A stretch of DNA of 64,000 nucleotides. It comes from Deltaproteobacteria bacterium (GTDB lineage: Bacteria > Myxococcota > B64-G9). Below, in pieces: positions 50,079 to 59,067 of this stretch. How positions within the stretch are numbered: the stretch's first letter is position 1; each line of letters begins with the position of its first letter. The stretch is taken from assembly GCA_019307065.1 (NCBI GenBank), contig JAFDKH010000020.1:43097-107096 (forward strand), written 5' to 3'. Both the position numbers and the translations under genes were made by a program. Below the pieces are notes generated by a model. The model searched no databases. It had not been told where the DNA came from and was given only the letters and a program-made list of their open reading frames with translations.

Positions 50079-50164
50079 CGAGACAGTGAGACATTCTGGA
50101 CTTCCGCCTGTTTGGCTAATTTCCCGTAAAAACAAAAACTTATATTTATGGCACGAAGTTTGAA
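50079..50164 (+). promoter_or_regulatory. Probable sigma-54 promoter (variant -12) with tandem GAGACA boxes
   Basis: CGAGACAgTGAGACA 50079-50093; TGGCACGAAGTTTGAA 50149-50164 (GA replaces GC). Confidence 0.55.
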
Positions 50165-50203
50165 CCCTAGTATCGCGATTTGATACTTAGCGGAGGAATC
50201 TTC

Positions 50204-51385
50204 ATGTCGATAGACGTTTTCGGAATATTTGGGGCCGGACTACTGACCTTTGCCACTCCGTGTATATTACCGATGATCCCAATTTACCTTTCGGCCTTGA
50301 TCGGTGCGGATATTCGCAAGATCGACTCAGCTGCGCGGGGACAGCTTATTTTTCGAGCTCTGCTGTTTTCCGCCGGATTCATACTGGTTTTCACCTTGCT
50401 CGGTCTGGCGGTTTCCTCGGTGGGTGCCTTCTTGATTGCCAACAAAACAGTCATCCAGGCAATCGGTGCCCTCATAATTCTGTTGTTCGGATTGAAGTTC
50501 GTTGGCTTGATAAACATCACCTGGCTGGACCGATTGATCCGCGCGGACGACAGAAAACTGCAGACTCGTTTCGGGGGAATCAATGCCTTCTTCATGGGTA
50601 TTGTGTTCGCGGCCGGCTGGTCGCCCTGTGCCGGCCCGGTTCTGGGCTCGGTCCTGACTTACACTGCCTCGGCCACATCCGATCCTCTGACCGGCGCATT
50701 TTACTTGAGTGTCTACGGATTTGGCTTCGCCCTGCCGCTGCTTTTAGTGGCCGCCTTCGCAGAGGCCGGCTCGCGTCTGCTGAAACGGATGGGTCCCAGC
50801 CTGGGTAAGGTCGAGCGCGTGATCGGCATCCTGATGATAATTGTGGCCGGGTCGCTAGCCGCCGATGTGATCAGCCAACAGTCGGTTAGTGCACCTGACT
50901 CGGTCGGGACCACCGAGAAAAATGTAGACGCAGGAGTTTTGGCAAAACCGACCATGCTAGTGCTAACTTCTAGTGAATGTTCGATCTGTCGACAAATGGA
51001 GCCGATCGTCAAGGGCATAACCAGCCTGTGCGACGGCCAGGGCGTAATTATCAAAGAATATGATCTGGCCCAGCCAGCCAACCGTCCGCTGATTACGAAA
51101 TATAAACTGGTGGCAACTCCCACTTTCGTGTTCCTGGATGCGAAAAGAAACGAAGTAGCTCGATTGGTGGGCCAACAAACCGATAACACGCTCAAACAAG
51201 CACTATCGGCACTGCGGGGCGTCCCCTGTCCCGGTCTGAAGCTACTCCAAAAAGATCAAGCCGGAGAGGATGCTAGCGGTGATATCTCGTGCCAAATGAC
51301 TACTTTTGTCAGTAGAACCCAAAAATCTACAGTCTCAGGAGTCGAGACCGTCGGCAGCTGCCAGACAGAAAAGAGGACCCCATGA
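50204..51385 (+). CDS. ccdA: CcdA/DsbD-type membrane disulfide transporter fused to a thioredoxin
   Basis: TPCILPMIP, WSPCAGP; C-terminal CSIC..TPTFVF. Confidence 0.88.
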   Translation: MSIDVFGIFGAGLLTFATPCILPMIPIYLSALIGADIRKIDSAARGQLIFRALLFSAGFILVFTLLGLAVSSVGAFLIANKTVIQAIGALIILLFGLKFVGLINITWLDRLIRADDRKLQTRFGGINAFFMGIVFAAGWSPCAGPVLGSVLTYTASATSDPLTGAFYLSVYGFGFALPLLLVAAFAEAGSRLLKRMGPSLGKVERVIGILMIIVAGSLAADVISQQSVSAPDSVGTTEKNVDAGVLAKPTMLVLTSSECSICRQMEPIVKGITSLCDGQGVIIKEYDLAQPANRPLITKYKLVATPTFVFLDAKRNEVARLVGQQTDNTLKQALSALRGVPCPGLKLLQKDQAGEDASGDISCQMTTFVSRTQKSTVSGVETVGSCQTEKRTP

Positions 51386-51612
51386 AAGAATTTGAATATG
51401 AAATAACTCAACATACTAGTAATGAGTTTCAGACCCTGGCCTTTGTCTGTTCCAACTCGGGAGAATGTCGCCAAGAGCAGATTACCGGCAGCGAACTAGA
51501 AATCCTGACTGAAAAATTGAATAGTCGTGGAAAACAAGGCTGGGAATTGATACAAATCAGCTTTCGGGAAGAGATAGTTGTTGCCTTTTGGAAACGTGAA
51601 CGTTCTTCGTAG
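51382..51612 (+). CDS. DUF4177-like small protein
   Basis: FEYE..LNSRGKQGWELIQ..FWKRE. Confidence 0.7.
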   Translation: MKEFEYEITQHTSNEFQTLAFVCSNSGECRQEQITGSELEILTEKLNSRGKQGWELIQISFREEIVVAFWKRERSS

Positions 51613-51655
51613 GCTGTAGGCTATGCGATAATAGATAGCCCAAAGGAGGCAGAAG

Positions 51656-52171
51656 ATGGACTACCTAGAGTCAATAGAGTTGGCAATGCGAAACGAAAAG
51701 AGCGAGATGGAGTTCTACCTCAATGAGGCCTCGCGATCCAAAAATGAATTAGCGAAAAAGATGTTCACCACGTTGGCCAATGACGAAAAGGAACACATGC
51801 AGCGAATCAAGAAATTGCATGACAGACTCGTGGCTGAAGGCAGCTGGCCCGCAGATGTGCCGATCCATGTCGCTGGCACCGACATCAAGCAGGTTCTAGA
51901 CAACCTGGCGACAAATGTCGGCTCGCAGGCTAACCATGACGATGACGACATTCGTGCACTCAAGAAAGCAGCCGAGTTCGAAAGCAAAGGCGCCGCCTTT
52001 TACAAAGACATAGCCCAGGCATGTGACAACCAAATGGAAAAGAATTTCTTCGAATTTCTGGCTGGAATAGAAAGAGAGCACCAGCTGTCGATCATGGATT
52101 CGCTGGCCTTTTTGGAGGATCCAGAAACCTGGATGATGCAGCACGAACGCTCGGGCCTCGACGGAGCCTGA
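51656..52171 (+). CDS. Ferritin/rubrerythrin-like protein
   Basis: AMRNE..FY, DEKEH, AEFE..FY, IEREH. Confidence 0.87.
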   Translation: MDYLESIELAMRNEKSEMEFYLNEASRSKNELAKKMFTTLANDEKEHMQRIKKLHDRLVAEGSWPADVPIHVAGTDIKQVLDNLATNVGSQANHDDDDIRALKKAAEFESKGAAFYKDIAQACDNQMEKNFFEFLAGIEREHQLSIMDSLAFLEDPETWMMQHERSGLDGA

Positions 52172-52186
52172 GGAAAGAAAAATCGC

Positions 52187-52438
52187 ATGTCAAAACAAGT
52201 TAAATTGTTTGCCATCAGCACCTGTGGCTGGTGCAAAAAAGTAAAACGATTTCTCAAAGACAATGATATCGAATATGAATGCTGTGATGTCGATCTTCTC
52301 GGTGATGCTGAAAAGAACCAGGTTCGTGAAGAAGTTGCAAAACTGAACCCCAGAAAAACCTATCCAACCCTGGTAGTCGACGATATCGTTATAGTCGGCT
52401 ACGACGAAGATCGTATGCGCGAGGTTCTGGATAGCTGA
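52187..52438 (+). CDS. Glutaredoxin-like protein (NrdH/Grx)
   Basis: STCGWC, TYPTL, IVGYD. Confidence 0.88.
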   Translation: MSKQVKLFAISTCGWCKKVKRFLKDNDIEYECCDVDLLGDAEKNQVREEVAKLNPRKTYPTLVVDDIVIVGYDEDRMREVLDS

Positions 52439-52476
52439 CCAAGCCGCTTATAAGAAAATCCCTGCCAAAGAACCCG

Positions 52477-52527
52477 CGAGACACATGAGACAGTTAGCTT
52501 GTCATAAATGAGACAACATGCTATTTC
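52477..52527 (+). promoter_or_regulatory. Sigma-70-like promoter of the activator gene, overlapped by three GAGACA boxes
   Basis: TTGTCA(52499)-N17-TATTTC with extended TG; CGAGACA 52477, TGAGACA 52486 and 52509. Confidence 0.6.
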
Positions 52528-52554
52528 TGCAGCTCATTTGGGAGGATTTGCATA

Positions 52555-54396
52555 TTGGGATCTAAACAGAAAGTGTTGTTCTTATGCGGCGGAAATGCGT
52601 GTCGCAGCCAAATGGCTGAGGGATTCTTGCGGTCGAAAAAAACCAAAGATTTGAGCGTGTTTAGCGCAGGAATTCGAGCTGATGGGCTTCACCCTCTGGC
52701 AGTCAAGGTTATGCACGAAGTCAATATTGACATTTCAGGCCATACATCCAAATCAGTCGCCGACTTGGGACCCCAGAGTTTTGACCTGATAATCACGCTC
52801 TGCAACGAAGCTTCCGCCTACTGTAAAAATTATGAGCCCGACAGTAAAGCCTCCGAAACGACGAGCCGCAGCACGGAAAAAATGCCGATCTTTGTCGGTA
52901 TGCCAACTCATCTACACTGGGCGGTGCCAGATCCGGCCGAAGTTCAGGGCAACGACCAGGAAATTATTGAATCATTCCGCTCAACCCGTGACCAAATAAA
53001 AAACAAACTGGATAGCATGCTGGACCTCGAATATCTATCCAGCTTGACAAATCAACGCGCGCTGACAGAAAAGATATTGGACACCCTTGAGGACGGCCTG
53101 CTTCTGCACGACGAACATAGAAACATATTCCTCTTCAATTTCGCCGCCGAGAAAATCACGGGGTACAGCCGAGATGAGGTACTGGGCGCCAATTGTCATG
53201 AGATTTTTCAACCAGGTGGTTTGTGCGGTTCAAAGTGTCCGCTGATACATGGTGACTTTGAAAGCTATACCGGCTGTCAGTATGAAGTACCCTTCAGAAC
53301 TAAAGACGGTGAGGATCGCCGTCTGATGATCCGCTCAAATCCTGTGCAATTGCTTCAAGACGGTACTCGTGGTATTGCCGCCACTATCCGGGATGTCACC
53401 GAAGTAAATAAGCTACGCTTTCGAATGAACGAAAAGCACAGTTTTCATGGCATGGTGGGCCATTCAAAAGCCATGCAGGACGTATTTCGGATTATCCGCC
53501 AGATCACCACCTCCGATTACCCTGTACTGATCACCGGTGATAGCGGCACCGGCAAAGAACTGGTCGCTCACGCCATTCACAACGAAAGCCGCCGAAGCCA
53601 GGGGCCTTTCGTGCCGATCAACTGCGGGGCTTTGCCGGAGAACATCTTAGAAAGCGAACTCTTCGGACATGTCAGGGGGGCCTTTACCGGCGCTATTCGA
53701 GACAAGAAAGGCCGCTTCGAATTGGCCCATAAAGGCACCATAATGCTGGACGAATTGGGAGAACTAAGCCTGGCCTTCCAGGTCAAGCTCCTGAGAGTAC
53801 TCGAACAAAAAAGTTTCGAGCCGGTCGGCGGTGAGCGTACCATAAAAGTCGATGTTCGCGTGATCAGCGCCACAAACCAAGACTTGAAAAAAATGATATC
53901 CGCCGGAAAATTCCGCGACGATTTGTTTTACAGGCTAAGTGTTGTGCCGATCCACTTGCCTCCCTTGAGAGAACGCAAGGAGGATCTGCCGCCGTTGGTC
54001 GAACTGATACTTAAGAACATTCGCAAAGAAAGCGCTAAAGAAATCAATAATGTATCAGGTGAGGTGCTTGACATGTTCCTGACCTATAATTGGCCGGGTA
54101 ACATCCGCGAGCTGATCAACATCCTGCAGTTTGCATCGGTCAGATGCGACTCGAAACAGATTTCAGCCGAACATTTGCCGCCCGAAATCCGAAATCAAAA
54201 GTCGTTAACATCTGGTGCGCGTATATCTCAACCCGACGTCAGTGAATATAGGCCTCAACGACGAAAAAGACTCAGTCGCGAAATGGTCGCCCAGGCGCTA
54301 GAAGAGGCAGGCGGCAACAAAGTCAAGGCAGCCAAACTCTTAGGAGTTGGTCGGGCAACTTTGTATCGTTTCCTCGACAAACAGCCTGTCTCATAG
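52555..54396 (+). CDS. Sigma-54 activator with ArsC/LMW-PTP, PAS, AAA+ and HTH domains
   Basis: CGGNACRSQMAE, TLC..C and PDPA (ArsC); FNFAAEKITGY..C-x9-C-x3-C (PAS); GDSGTGKE, GAFTGA, WPGNIREL; Fis HTH. Confidence 0.92.
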   Translation: MGSKQKVLFLCGGNACRSQMAEGFLRSKKTKDLSVFSAGIRADGLHPLAVKVMHEVNIDISGHTSKSVADLGPQSFDLIITLCNEASAYCKNYEPDSKASETTSRSTEKMPIFVGMPTHLHWAVPDPAEVQGNDQEIIESFRSTRDQIKNKLDSMLDLEYLSSLTNQRALTEKILDTLEDGLLLHDEHRNIFLFNFAAEKITGYSRDEVLGANCHEIFQPGGLCGSKCPLIHGDFESYTGCQYEVPFRTKDGEDRRLMIRSNPVQLLQDGTRGIAATIRDVTEVNKLRFRMNEKHSFHGMVGHSKAMQDVFRIIRQITTSDYPVLITGDSGTGKELVAHAIHNESRRSQGPFVPINCGALPENILESELFGHVRGAFTGAIRDKKGRFELAHKGTIMLDELGELSLAFQVKLLRVLEQKSFEPVGGERTIKVDVRVISATNQDLKKMISAGKFRDDLFYRLSVVPIHLPPLRERKEDLPPLVELILKNIRKESAKEINNVSGEVLDMFLTYNWPGNIRELINILQFASVRCDSKQISAEHLPPEIRNQKSLTSGARISQPDVSEYRPQRRKRLSREMVAQALEEAGGNKVKAAKLLGVGRATLYRFLDKQPVS

Positions 54397-54501
54397 TGTC
54401 TCGTCTGCGCCAATTTGTGTAGCTGGTAATTTTCTATTTGTTCTCTAATCGTTGAAAACACTACATTTCTTATCGACTTCCTGAATGGCACGCTCTTTGC
54501 G
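54387..54501 (+). promoter_or_regulatory. Sigma-54 promoter with tandem TGTCTC boxes
   Basis: TGTCTCAtagTGTCTCG 54387-54403; TGGCACGCTCTTTGCG 54486-54501. Confidence 0.85.
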
Positions 54502-54547
54502 AAGTTACAAATAAAATATGCTTGACTTGCCAAGAAAAGGTAATAGT

Positions 54548-54748
54548 TTGAAAGCTCTTAATGATAATTTAGTCAGAATTTTGAAGCTTACGCGAGAGAT
54601 GTTGGCATTGTCGGATGAGGGGGATAGGGATCGGGATGATTCGTCGTGTGGGATAATTTACGGCATCCTGAGAGACACCGGCTACAAGCTTCGAAAACTG
54701 GCCGAAGAGGAGTGCGACAAACACAAGAAATTGGGCAAATGGAACTAG
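54548..54748 (+). CDS. Small conserved hypothetical protein
   Basis: DEGD..R.DSSCGIIYG.LRD..YKL; first gene after the sigma-54 promoter. Start uncertain (54518 is possible). Confidence 0.7.
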   Translation: MKALNDNLVRILKLTREMLALSDEGDRDRDDSSCGIIYGILRDTGYKLRKLAEEECDKHKKLGKWN

Positions 54749-54785
54749 TGACATACATACAAACCAGAAAAAGGGAGACCTCAAA

Positions 54786-55361
54786 ATGCCAAGTGTAAAA
54801 GGAACTCAAACAGAAAAAAACCTGCTGACTGCTTTTTCGGGTGAGTCTCAGGCCCGAAATCGATACACCTATTTCGCCAGTAAGGCAAAAAAAGACGGTT
54901 TTGTTCAAATTTCCAAGATCTTCGAAGAAACCGCCAACCAGGAAAAAGAGCATGCCAAACGGCTTTTTAAGTATCTAGAGGGTGGTGAGTTAGAGATTAC
55001 CGGTAGTTTTCCGGCCGGAGTAATCGGTCCTACTGTTGATAACTTAAAAGGATCGGCCGCCGGCGAGCATTACGAGCACACCGAGATGTATCCTCAGTTC
55101 GCCAAAGTAGCCCGTGATGAAGGTTTTGGCGAAATTGCCACAGTCTTCGAGTCCATCGCCGTAGCAGAGAAACAGCATGAAAAGCGCTACCTGGACCTGG
55201 CCGCCAACATTGAGGCCGATAGGGTGTTCAAGCGCCCAGAAAAAGTCGTTTGGCGCTGCCAAAACTGTGGTTACATCCTTGAAAGCAACTCTGCTCCCGA
55301 GAAATGTCCGGCCTGCGATCATCCCCAGGCTCATTTCGAATTGTTGGCAGAGAATTATTAG
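54786..55361 (+). CDS. rbr: Rubrerythrin
   Basis: GESQARNRY, EKEHA, EKQHE, CQNCGY..CPAC. Confidence 0.96.
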   Translation: MPSVKGTQTEKNLLTAFSGESQARNRYTYFASKAKKDGFVQISKIFEETANQEKEHAKRLFKYLEGGELEITGSFPAGVIGPTVDNLKGSAAGEHYEHTEMYPQFAKVARDEGFGEIATVFESIAVAEKQHEKRYLDLAANIEADRVFKRPEKVVWRCQNCGYILESNSAPEKCPACDHPQAHFELLAENY

Positions 55362-55387
55362 TCAAACAGAGACAAGGGAGCCCCGTC

Positions 55388-55843
55388 ATGGAAAATTTCA
55401 AATCTTTAGACGCATTGTACGACTTCGCAATCGGTGAAGAGGAAGCAGCCGCAAAATTTTATCGCGAAATCGCCGGCAAATTGGATCGGGCCTGGATGCG
55501 CGAGACCTTCGAGCAGTTTGCCCGTGAAGAGGATGGACATAAGGCCAAGTTGCTCAAAATGAAGAGCGGCGACATTCCAGCCCTATCGCAAGAAAAAATC
55601 CTCGATCTTAAAATCGGCGATTACCTGGTCGATATCGAAACAAACGCCGATATGGACTACCAGGACGCCCTGATTGTGGCCATGAAGAAAGAAAAGGCCG
55701 CCTTCAAGATGTACACAACTCTGGCAGGCCTGGCTGATAATGAGCAAGCTAAGGAATTGCTCCTGTCATTGGCTCAGGAAGAAGCCAAGCACAAACTGCG
55801 CTTTGAGATCGAGTACGATGATGTAATTCTGAAAGAGAATTGA
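55388..55843 (+). CDS. Ferritin/rubrerythrin-like protein
   Basis: AIGEE..FY, EEDGH, AMKKE, EEAKH. Confidence 0.88.
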   Translation: MENFKSLDALYDFAIGEEEAAAKFYREIAGKLDRAWMRETFEQFAREEDGHKAKLLKMKSGDIPALSQEKILDLKIGDYLVDIETNADMDYQDALIVAMKKEKAAFKMYTTLAGLADNEQAKELLLSLAQEEAKHKLRFEIEYDDVILKEN

Positions 55844-55873
55844 GAATAGTTCCATAAGGTACAGGAGAACAAG

Positions 55874-56248
55874 ATGACTGAAAAACTACAAATCTATAAA
55901 TGTGAAATCTGTGGGAACATCGTCGAAATGCTGCATGCCGGCCAGGGTGAACTGGTCTGCTGTGGTCAACCGATGAAGCTGTATACCGAGAACACAGTCG
56001 ATGCAGCCAAAGAAAAACACGTGCCGCTCGTTGAAAAAACCGCCTCGGGCTACAAGGTAACCGTGGGCAGCGTCGAGCACCCCATGGAAGACAAACACTG
56101 GATCGAGTGGATCGAATTGATCGCCGGCGGCAAAGCCTATCGCCAGTTCCTGAATCCCGGGGACAAACCGCAGGCGGCTTTCGACGTCCAGGCGGACCAG
56201 ATCACCGTTCGCGAGTACTGCAATCTGCATGGATTGTGGAAAACCTGA
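55874..56248 (+). CDS. dfx: Desulfoferrodoxin (superoxide reductase)
   Basis: CEICG..CCGQ, EKHVP, HPM..HWI, CNLHG. Confidence 0.96.
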   Translation: MTEKLQIYKCEICGNIVEMLHAGQGELVCCGQPMKLYTENTVDAAKEKHVPLVEKTASGYKVTVGSVEHPMEDKHWIEWIELIAGGKAYRQFLNPGDKPQAAFDVQADQITVREYCNLHGLWKT

Positions 56249-56278
56249 TCTGGGCTTTCTTTAAAAGGAGAAACTGTC

Positions 56279-56440
56279 ATGAAAAAATATGTCTGCGATG
56301 TTTGCGGTTATGTCTACGATCCCGATGCTGGCGATCCCGATAATGGCGTAGCTGCCGGCACAGCCTTCGAAGACATTCCCAACGACTGGGTATGCCCAAT
56401 GTGCGGTGCCGACAAGGATTCTTTTTCACCCCAAGACTAA
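56279..56440 (+). CDS. rub: Rubredoxin (not in the ORF track)
   Basis: AAGGAG RBS; [26 protein letters not shown]. Confidence 0.95.
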   Translation: MKKYVCDVCGYVYDPDAGDPDNGVAAGTAFEDIPNDWVCPMCGADKDSFSPQD

Positions 56441-56476
56441 GTTACCTATTCTGTATCGTTCAACCGATAGCCAACC

Positions 56477-56591
56477 TGTCTCATAGTGTCTCATCCTGGT
56501 TGAATGGCATATCCGAAACATTCCAATCCACTCTTACCTGACTGAAAACACGTCCCTTTTCTCCCATCTTCTATATGGCACACTCTTTGCT
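56477..56591 (+). promoter_or_regulatory. Sigma-54 promoter with tandem TGTCTCA boxes
   Basis: TGTCTCAtagTGTCTCA 56477-56493; TGGCACACTCTTTGCT 56576-56591. Confidence 0.85.
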
Positions 56592-56845
56592 CTTTGTATG
56601 CTTAGCACTAGATTTCGTGAACACCTTGTATATGGAGAAACCAATGAAGGAAGTGCTCAAGCAGGAAATGCTAACCCGCATCGCCACGGCAATAGATCCC
56701 ACCAAGATATCTATGATCCATGCTAGCAGACTGCATAATCCCCATCCAAAGAGGCCTAGAGCCTCATCTAATCTCGCCAGGGCGATGCGGGAGCATTTCC
56801 ACTTGAACAGTTGCTACAGGTTCAAGAGAATAACGGACTAACCCG

Positions 56846-57490
56846 ATGGGTACCAGCCGAAAAAAAGCCTTACAGATACTGCATGATCGCGACTTAGCCG
56901 CATTGCTGTCCTGGACCAGCAACACGCGCAGCTCACTGCGAACACTATTTTCGCTAAGCTATTCAGAAGATGATTTGATAGGCTGGCGGGCCATTGAAGG
57001 CATCGGCATAGCTGCCATGCAAATCGCAAAAAGCGATCTCGAGATGGTCAAGGACTTCTTGCGCCGGCTTTTCTGGCTGATGAACGACGAGTCCGGCGGT
57101 CTGAGCCGGCGAGCCCCCGAGGTCATCGGCGAGATTCTCTTCGGGCTGCCTTCTCTGATAAGTGAGTTTGGAATTCTTTTGTTTCACTTCACCAGGGAGG
57201 AACCCTTCGAGAGAGGGTCGTTTTCCGCCCTGGCCAGAATCTCATCCAGGGCACCGGAGCTGATCGAGGAAAACCGTGAAATCTTTCTTTCTGCTCTGGA
57301 TGACCCCGATCCAGCCATCCGTGTTTATGCGCTGACGGCTCTCTCAACAGTCGAGACCGGTCTTGTTGCCCAACAAGTTGAAAAGTTGTTAAATGACCAC
57401 GCGCTCGTAGCCACCTATGACTTCCCAACTGGCAAGATAATTGAGACAACAGTCGCAGGGTTTGCCAAGCAACTGGCAACTATCAAATGA
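56846..57490 (+). CDS. HEAT/ARM-repeat protein (DVU0298-like)
   Basis: WRAIE.IG, RRLFWLMNDESGG, APEVIGEI, LDDPDPAIR. Confidence 0.7.
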   Translation: MGTSRKKALQILHDRDLAALLSWTSNTRSSLRTLFSLSYSEDDLIGWRAIEGIGIAAMQIAKSDLEMVKDFLRRLFWLMNDESGGLSRRAPEVIGEILFGLPSLISEFGILLFHFTREEPFERGSFSALARISSRAPELIEENREIFLSALDDPDPAIRVYALTALSTVETGLVAQQVEKLLNDHALVATYDFPTGKIIETTVAGFAKQLATIK

Positions 57491-57499
57491 GGAACAGAC

Positions 57500-58306
57500 A
57501 TGCCCGAGCTACCTGAAGTCGAGACAACCGTGAGGACCTTCCGCCCCCTGGTCAAGGGTCGCCGCTTCGTTGGTTTCACCTCAAGCTGGCCCCGCCAGGT
57601 TATCCCATCGGCCCCCAAGGTAGACCGGGCTATAAGCGGTCGAAAAATCGTCAAACTCGAACGACGCGCCAAACAGATAATCTTTCACCTGGACGACGAC
57701 AGCGGCCTGTTGATTCACTTGAAAATGAGCGGACGCCTGGACTGGCTGGCTAGCTCAGGTGATCGAGCCCGCCATGTCCGGGCTCGATTCCGTTTATCGG
57801 GCGGCGATACCCTGCTCTTTTGTGACGCACGAAAGTTCGGGCGTATCAGACATGTCGCCGATCCTCAGGCTGCTCTGGCTCATTTGGGGCCCGAGCCGCT
57901 CGATCCGGCCTTCGACTCAAAGATCCTGGCTGAAATCCTGCACAGTCGAAAAAGGCGGATCAAACCCTTGCTGCTCGATCAAACCGTGATCGCCGGACTG
58001 GGCAACATTTACAGCGACGAGTCTCTTCACCGGGCGAACATTCATCCCTTGAGTCTGTCAAACCGGCTGTGCTGGGACGAAATCAAACGCTTGCATCGTT
58101 CCATTCGCCAGGTGCTGCGTGAGGGCATCAAACGTTGTGGCACCTCATTCGACTGGGCCTATTTAGGCGGCCGCATGCAACATTATCTGAGAGTCTATCA
58201 GCGCGGCGGCAAAGCCTGCCTGGCTTGTGGTCGCCCAATAGAGGTCATTCGGGTTGGCCAGCGCTCGACTCATTTTTGCCCCAAGTGCCAGAAAATCTGC
58301 AAATAA
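57500..58306 (+). CDS. mutM: Formamidopyrimidine-DNA glycosylase
   Basis: MPELPEVET, HLKMSG, DARKFG, GLGNIY, zinc finger CLAC..CPKCQ. Confidence 0.95.
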   Translation: MPELPEVETTVRTFRPLVKGRRFVGFTSSWPRQVIPSAPKVDRAISGRKIVKLERRAKQIIFHLDDDSGLLIHLKMSGRLDWLASSGDRARHVRARFRLSGGDTLLFCDARKFGRIRHVADPQAALAHLGPEPLDPAFDSKILAEILHSRKRRIKPLLLDQTVIAGLGNIYSDESLHRANIHPLSLSNRLCWDEIKRLHRSIRQVLREGIKRCGTSFDWAYLGGRMQHYLRVYQRGGKACLACGRPIEVIRVGQRSTHFCPKCQKICK

Positions 58307-58363
58307 GCGAGTAGTCTCTGATACTATGCCTTTGATGTGGTCAATATAGGGGAACAGAATATT

Positions 58364-59035
58364 ATGAACATCCAGGCTGATGATCCTAAAGGTGCGATTC
58401 TTCAAAGAGACAAAAAAACCTACGCCATTGTTCCGCGAATTCCGGTGGGCCTGGTAAGCCCGGACGATCTGGAGAGAATTGCCCAGGTTGCGCGGAAGTA
58501 CGATATTCCGATTATCAAGATCGTTTCCGGGCTGAGGTTCGCCCTGGTAGGCATCAAGAAGGCGGACATCGATGCCGTCTGGAAAGATCTCGGCCTGGAC
58601 GTCGGCAGGGCCAAAACCACCGAGCTCTGTTTGCACTACGTCCAAGCTTGCCCGGGTACGGCCGTTTGCAAATTCGGCGTCCAGGATTCTCTGGGGCTGG
58701 GCCTGCAGCTGGAAAAGATATTTGCGGAAATGGAATTTACCGCCAAAGTCAAGATCGGCGTATCTGGCTGCCCGCTTTGCTGCAGCGAGAGCTTTGTCCG
58801 CGACATCGGCATGTTTGCCAAGAAAGCCGGTTGGACACTGATTGTCGGTGGAAGCTCCGCTCGGCGGCCCCGGATTGGCAACGTGCTGGCCGAGAACTTG
58901 TCCTCCGAAGAGGTCATCGGTCTGACCCGCAAAGTCTTAGACTACTACCAGAAAGAGGCCAAGAAAAAGGAACGCATGGCCCGCTTTGTCGACCGGATCG
59001 GAATTGACAATCTGAAAGAACTTATTCTCGCTTGA
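58364..59035 (+). CDS. Nitrite/sulfite reductase 4Fe-4S domain protein (small, single domain)
   Basis: AIVPRIPVG, ACPGTAVCKFG, KIGVSGCPLCC. Confidence 0.85.
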   Translation: MNIQADDPKGAILQRDKKTYAIVPRIPVGLVSPDDLERIAQVARKYDIPIIKIVSGLRFALVGIKKADIDAVWKDLGLDVGRAKTTELCLHYVQACPGTAVCKFGVQDSLGLGLQLEKIFAEMEFTAKVKIGVSGCPLCCSESFVRDIGMFAKKAGWTLIVGGSSARRPRIGNVLAENLSSEEVIGLTRKVLDYYQKEAKKKERMARFVDRIGIDNLKELILA

Positions 59036-59067
59036 TTTAATATTTCAGTTGTTTGAAGGAGGGAAAA

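Noticed and set aside
55600-55630. LKIGDYL as an encapsulin cargo-loading peptide
   Set aside because: It is an internal inter-helix linker rather than terminal, and no encapsulin gene is in the window.
9948-57450. Isolated TGTCTCA/TGAGACA matches inside CDSs (about 9948, 16532, 37159, 40916, 46631, 57443)
   Set aside because: Single copies at roughly chance frequency for a 7-mer, with no downstream sigma-54 promoter.
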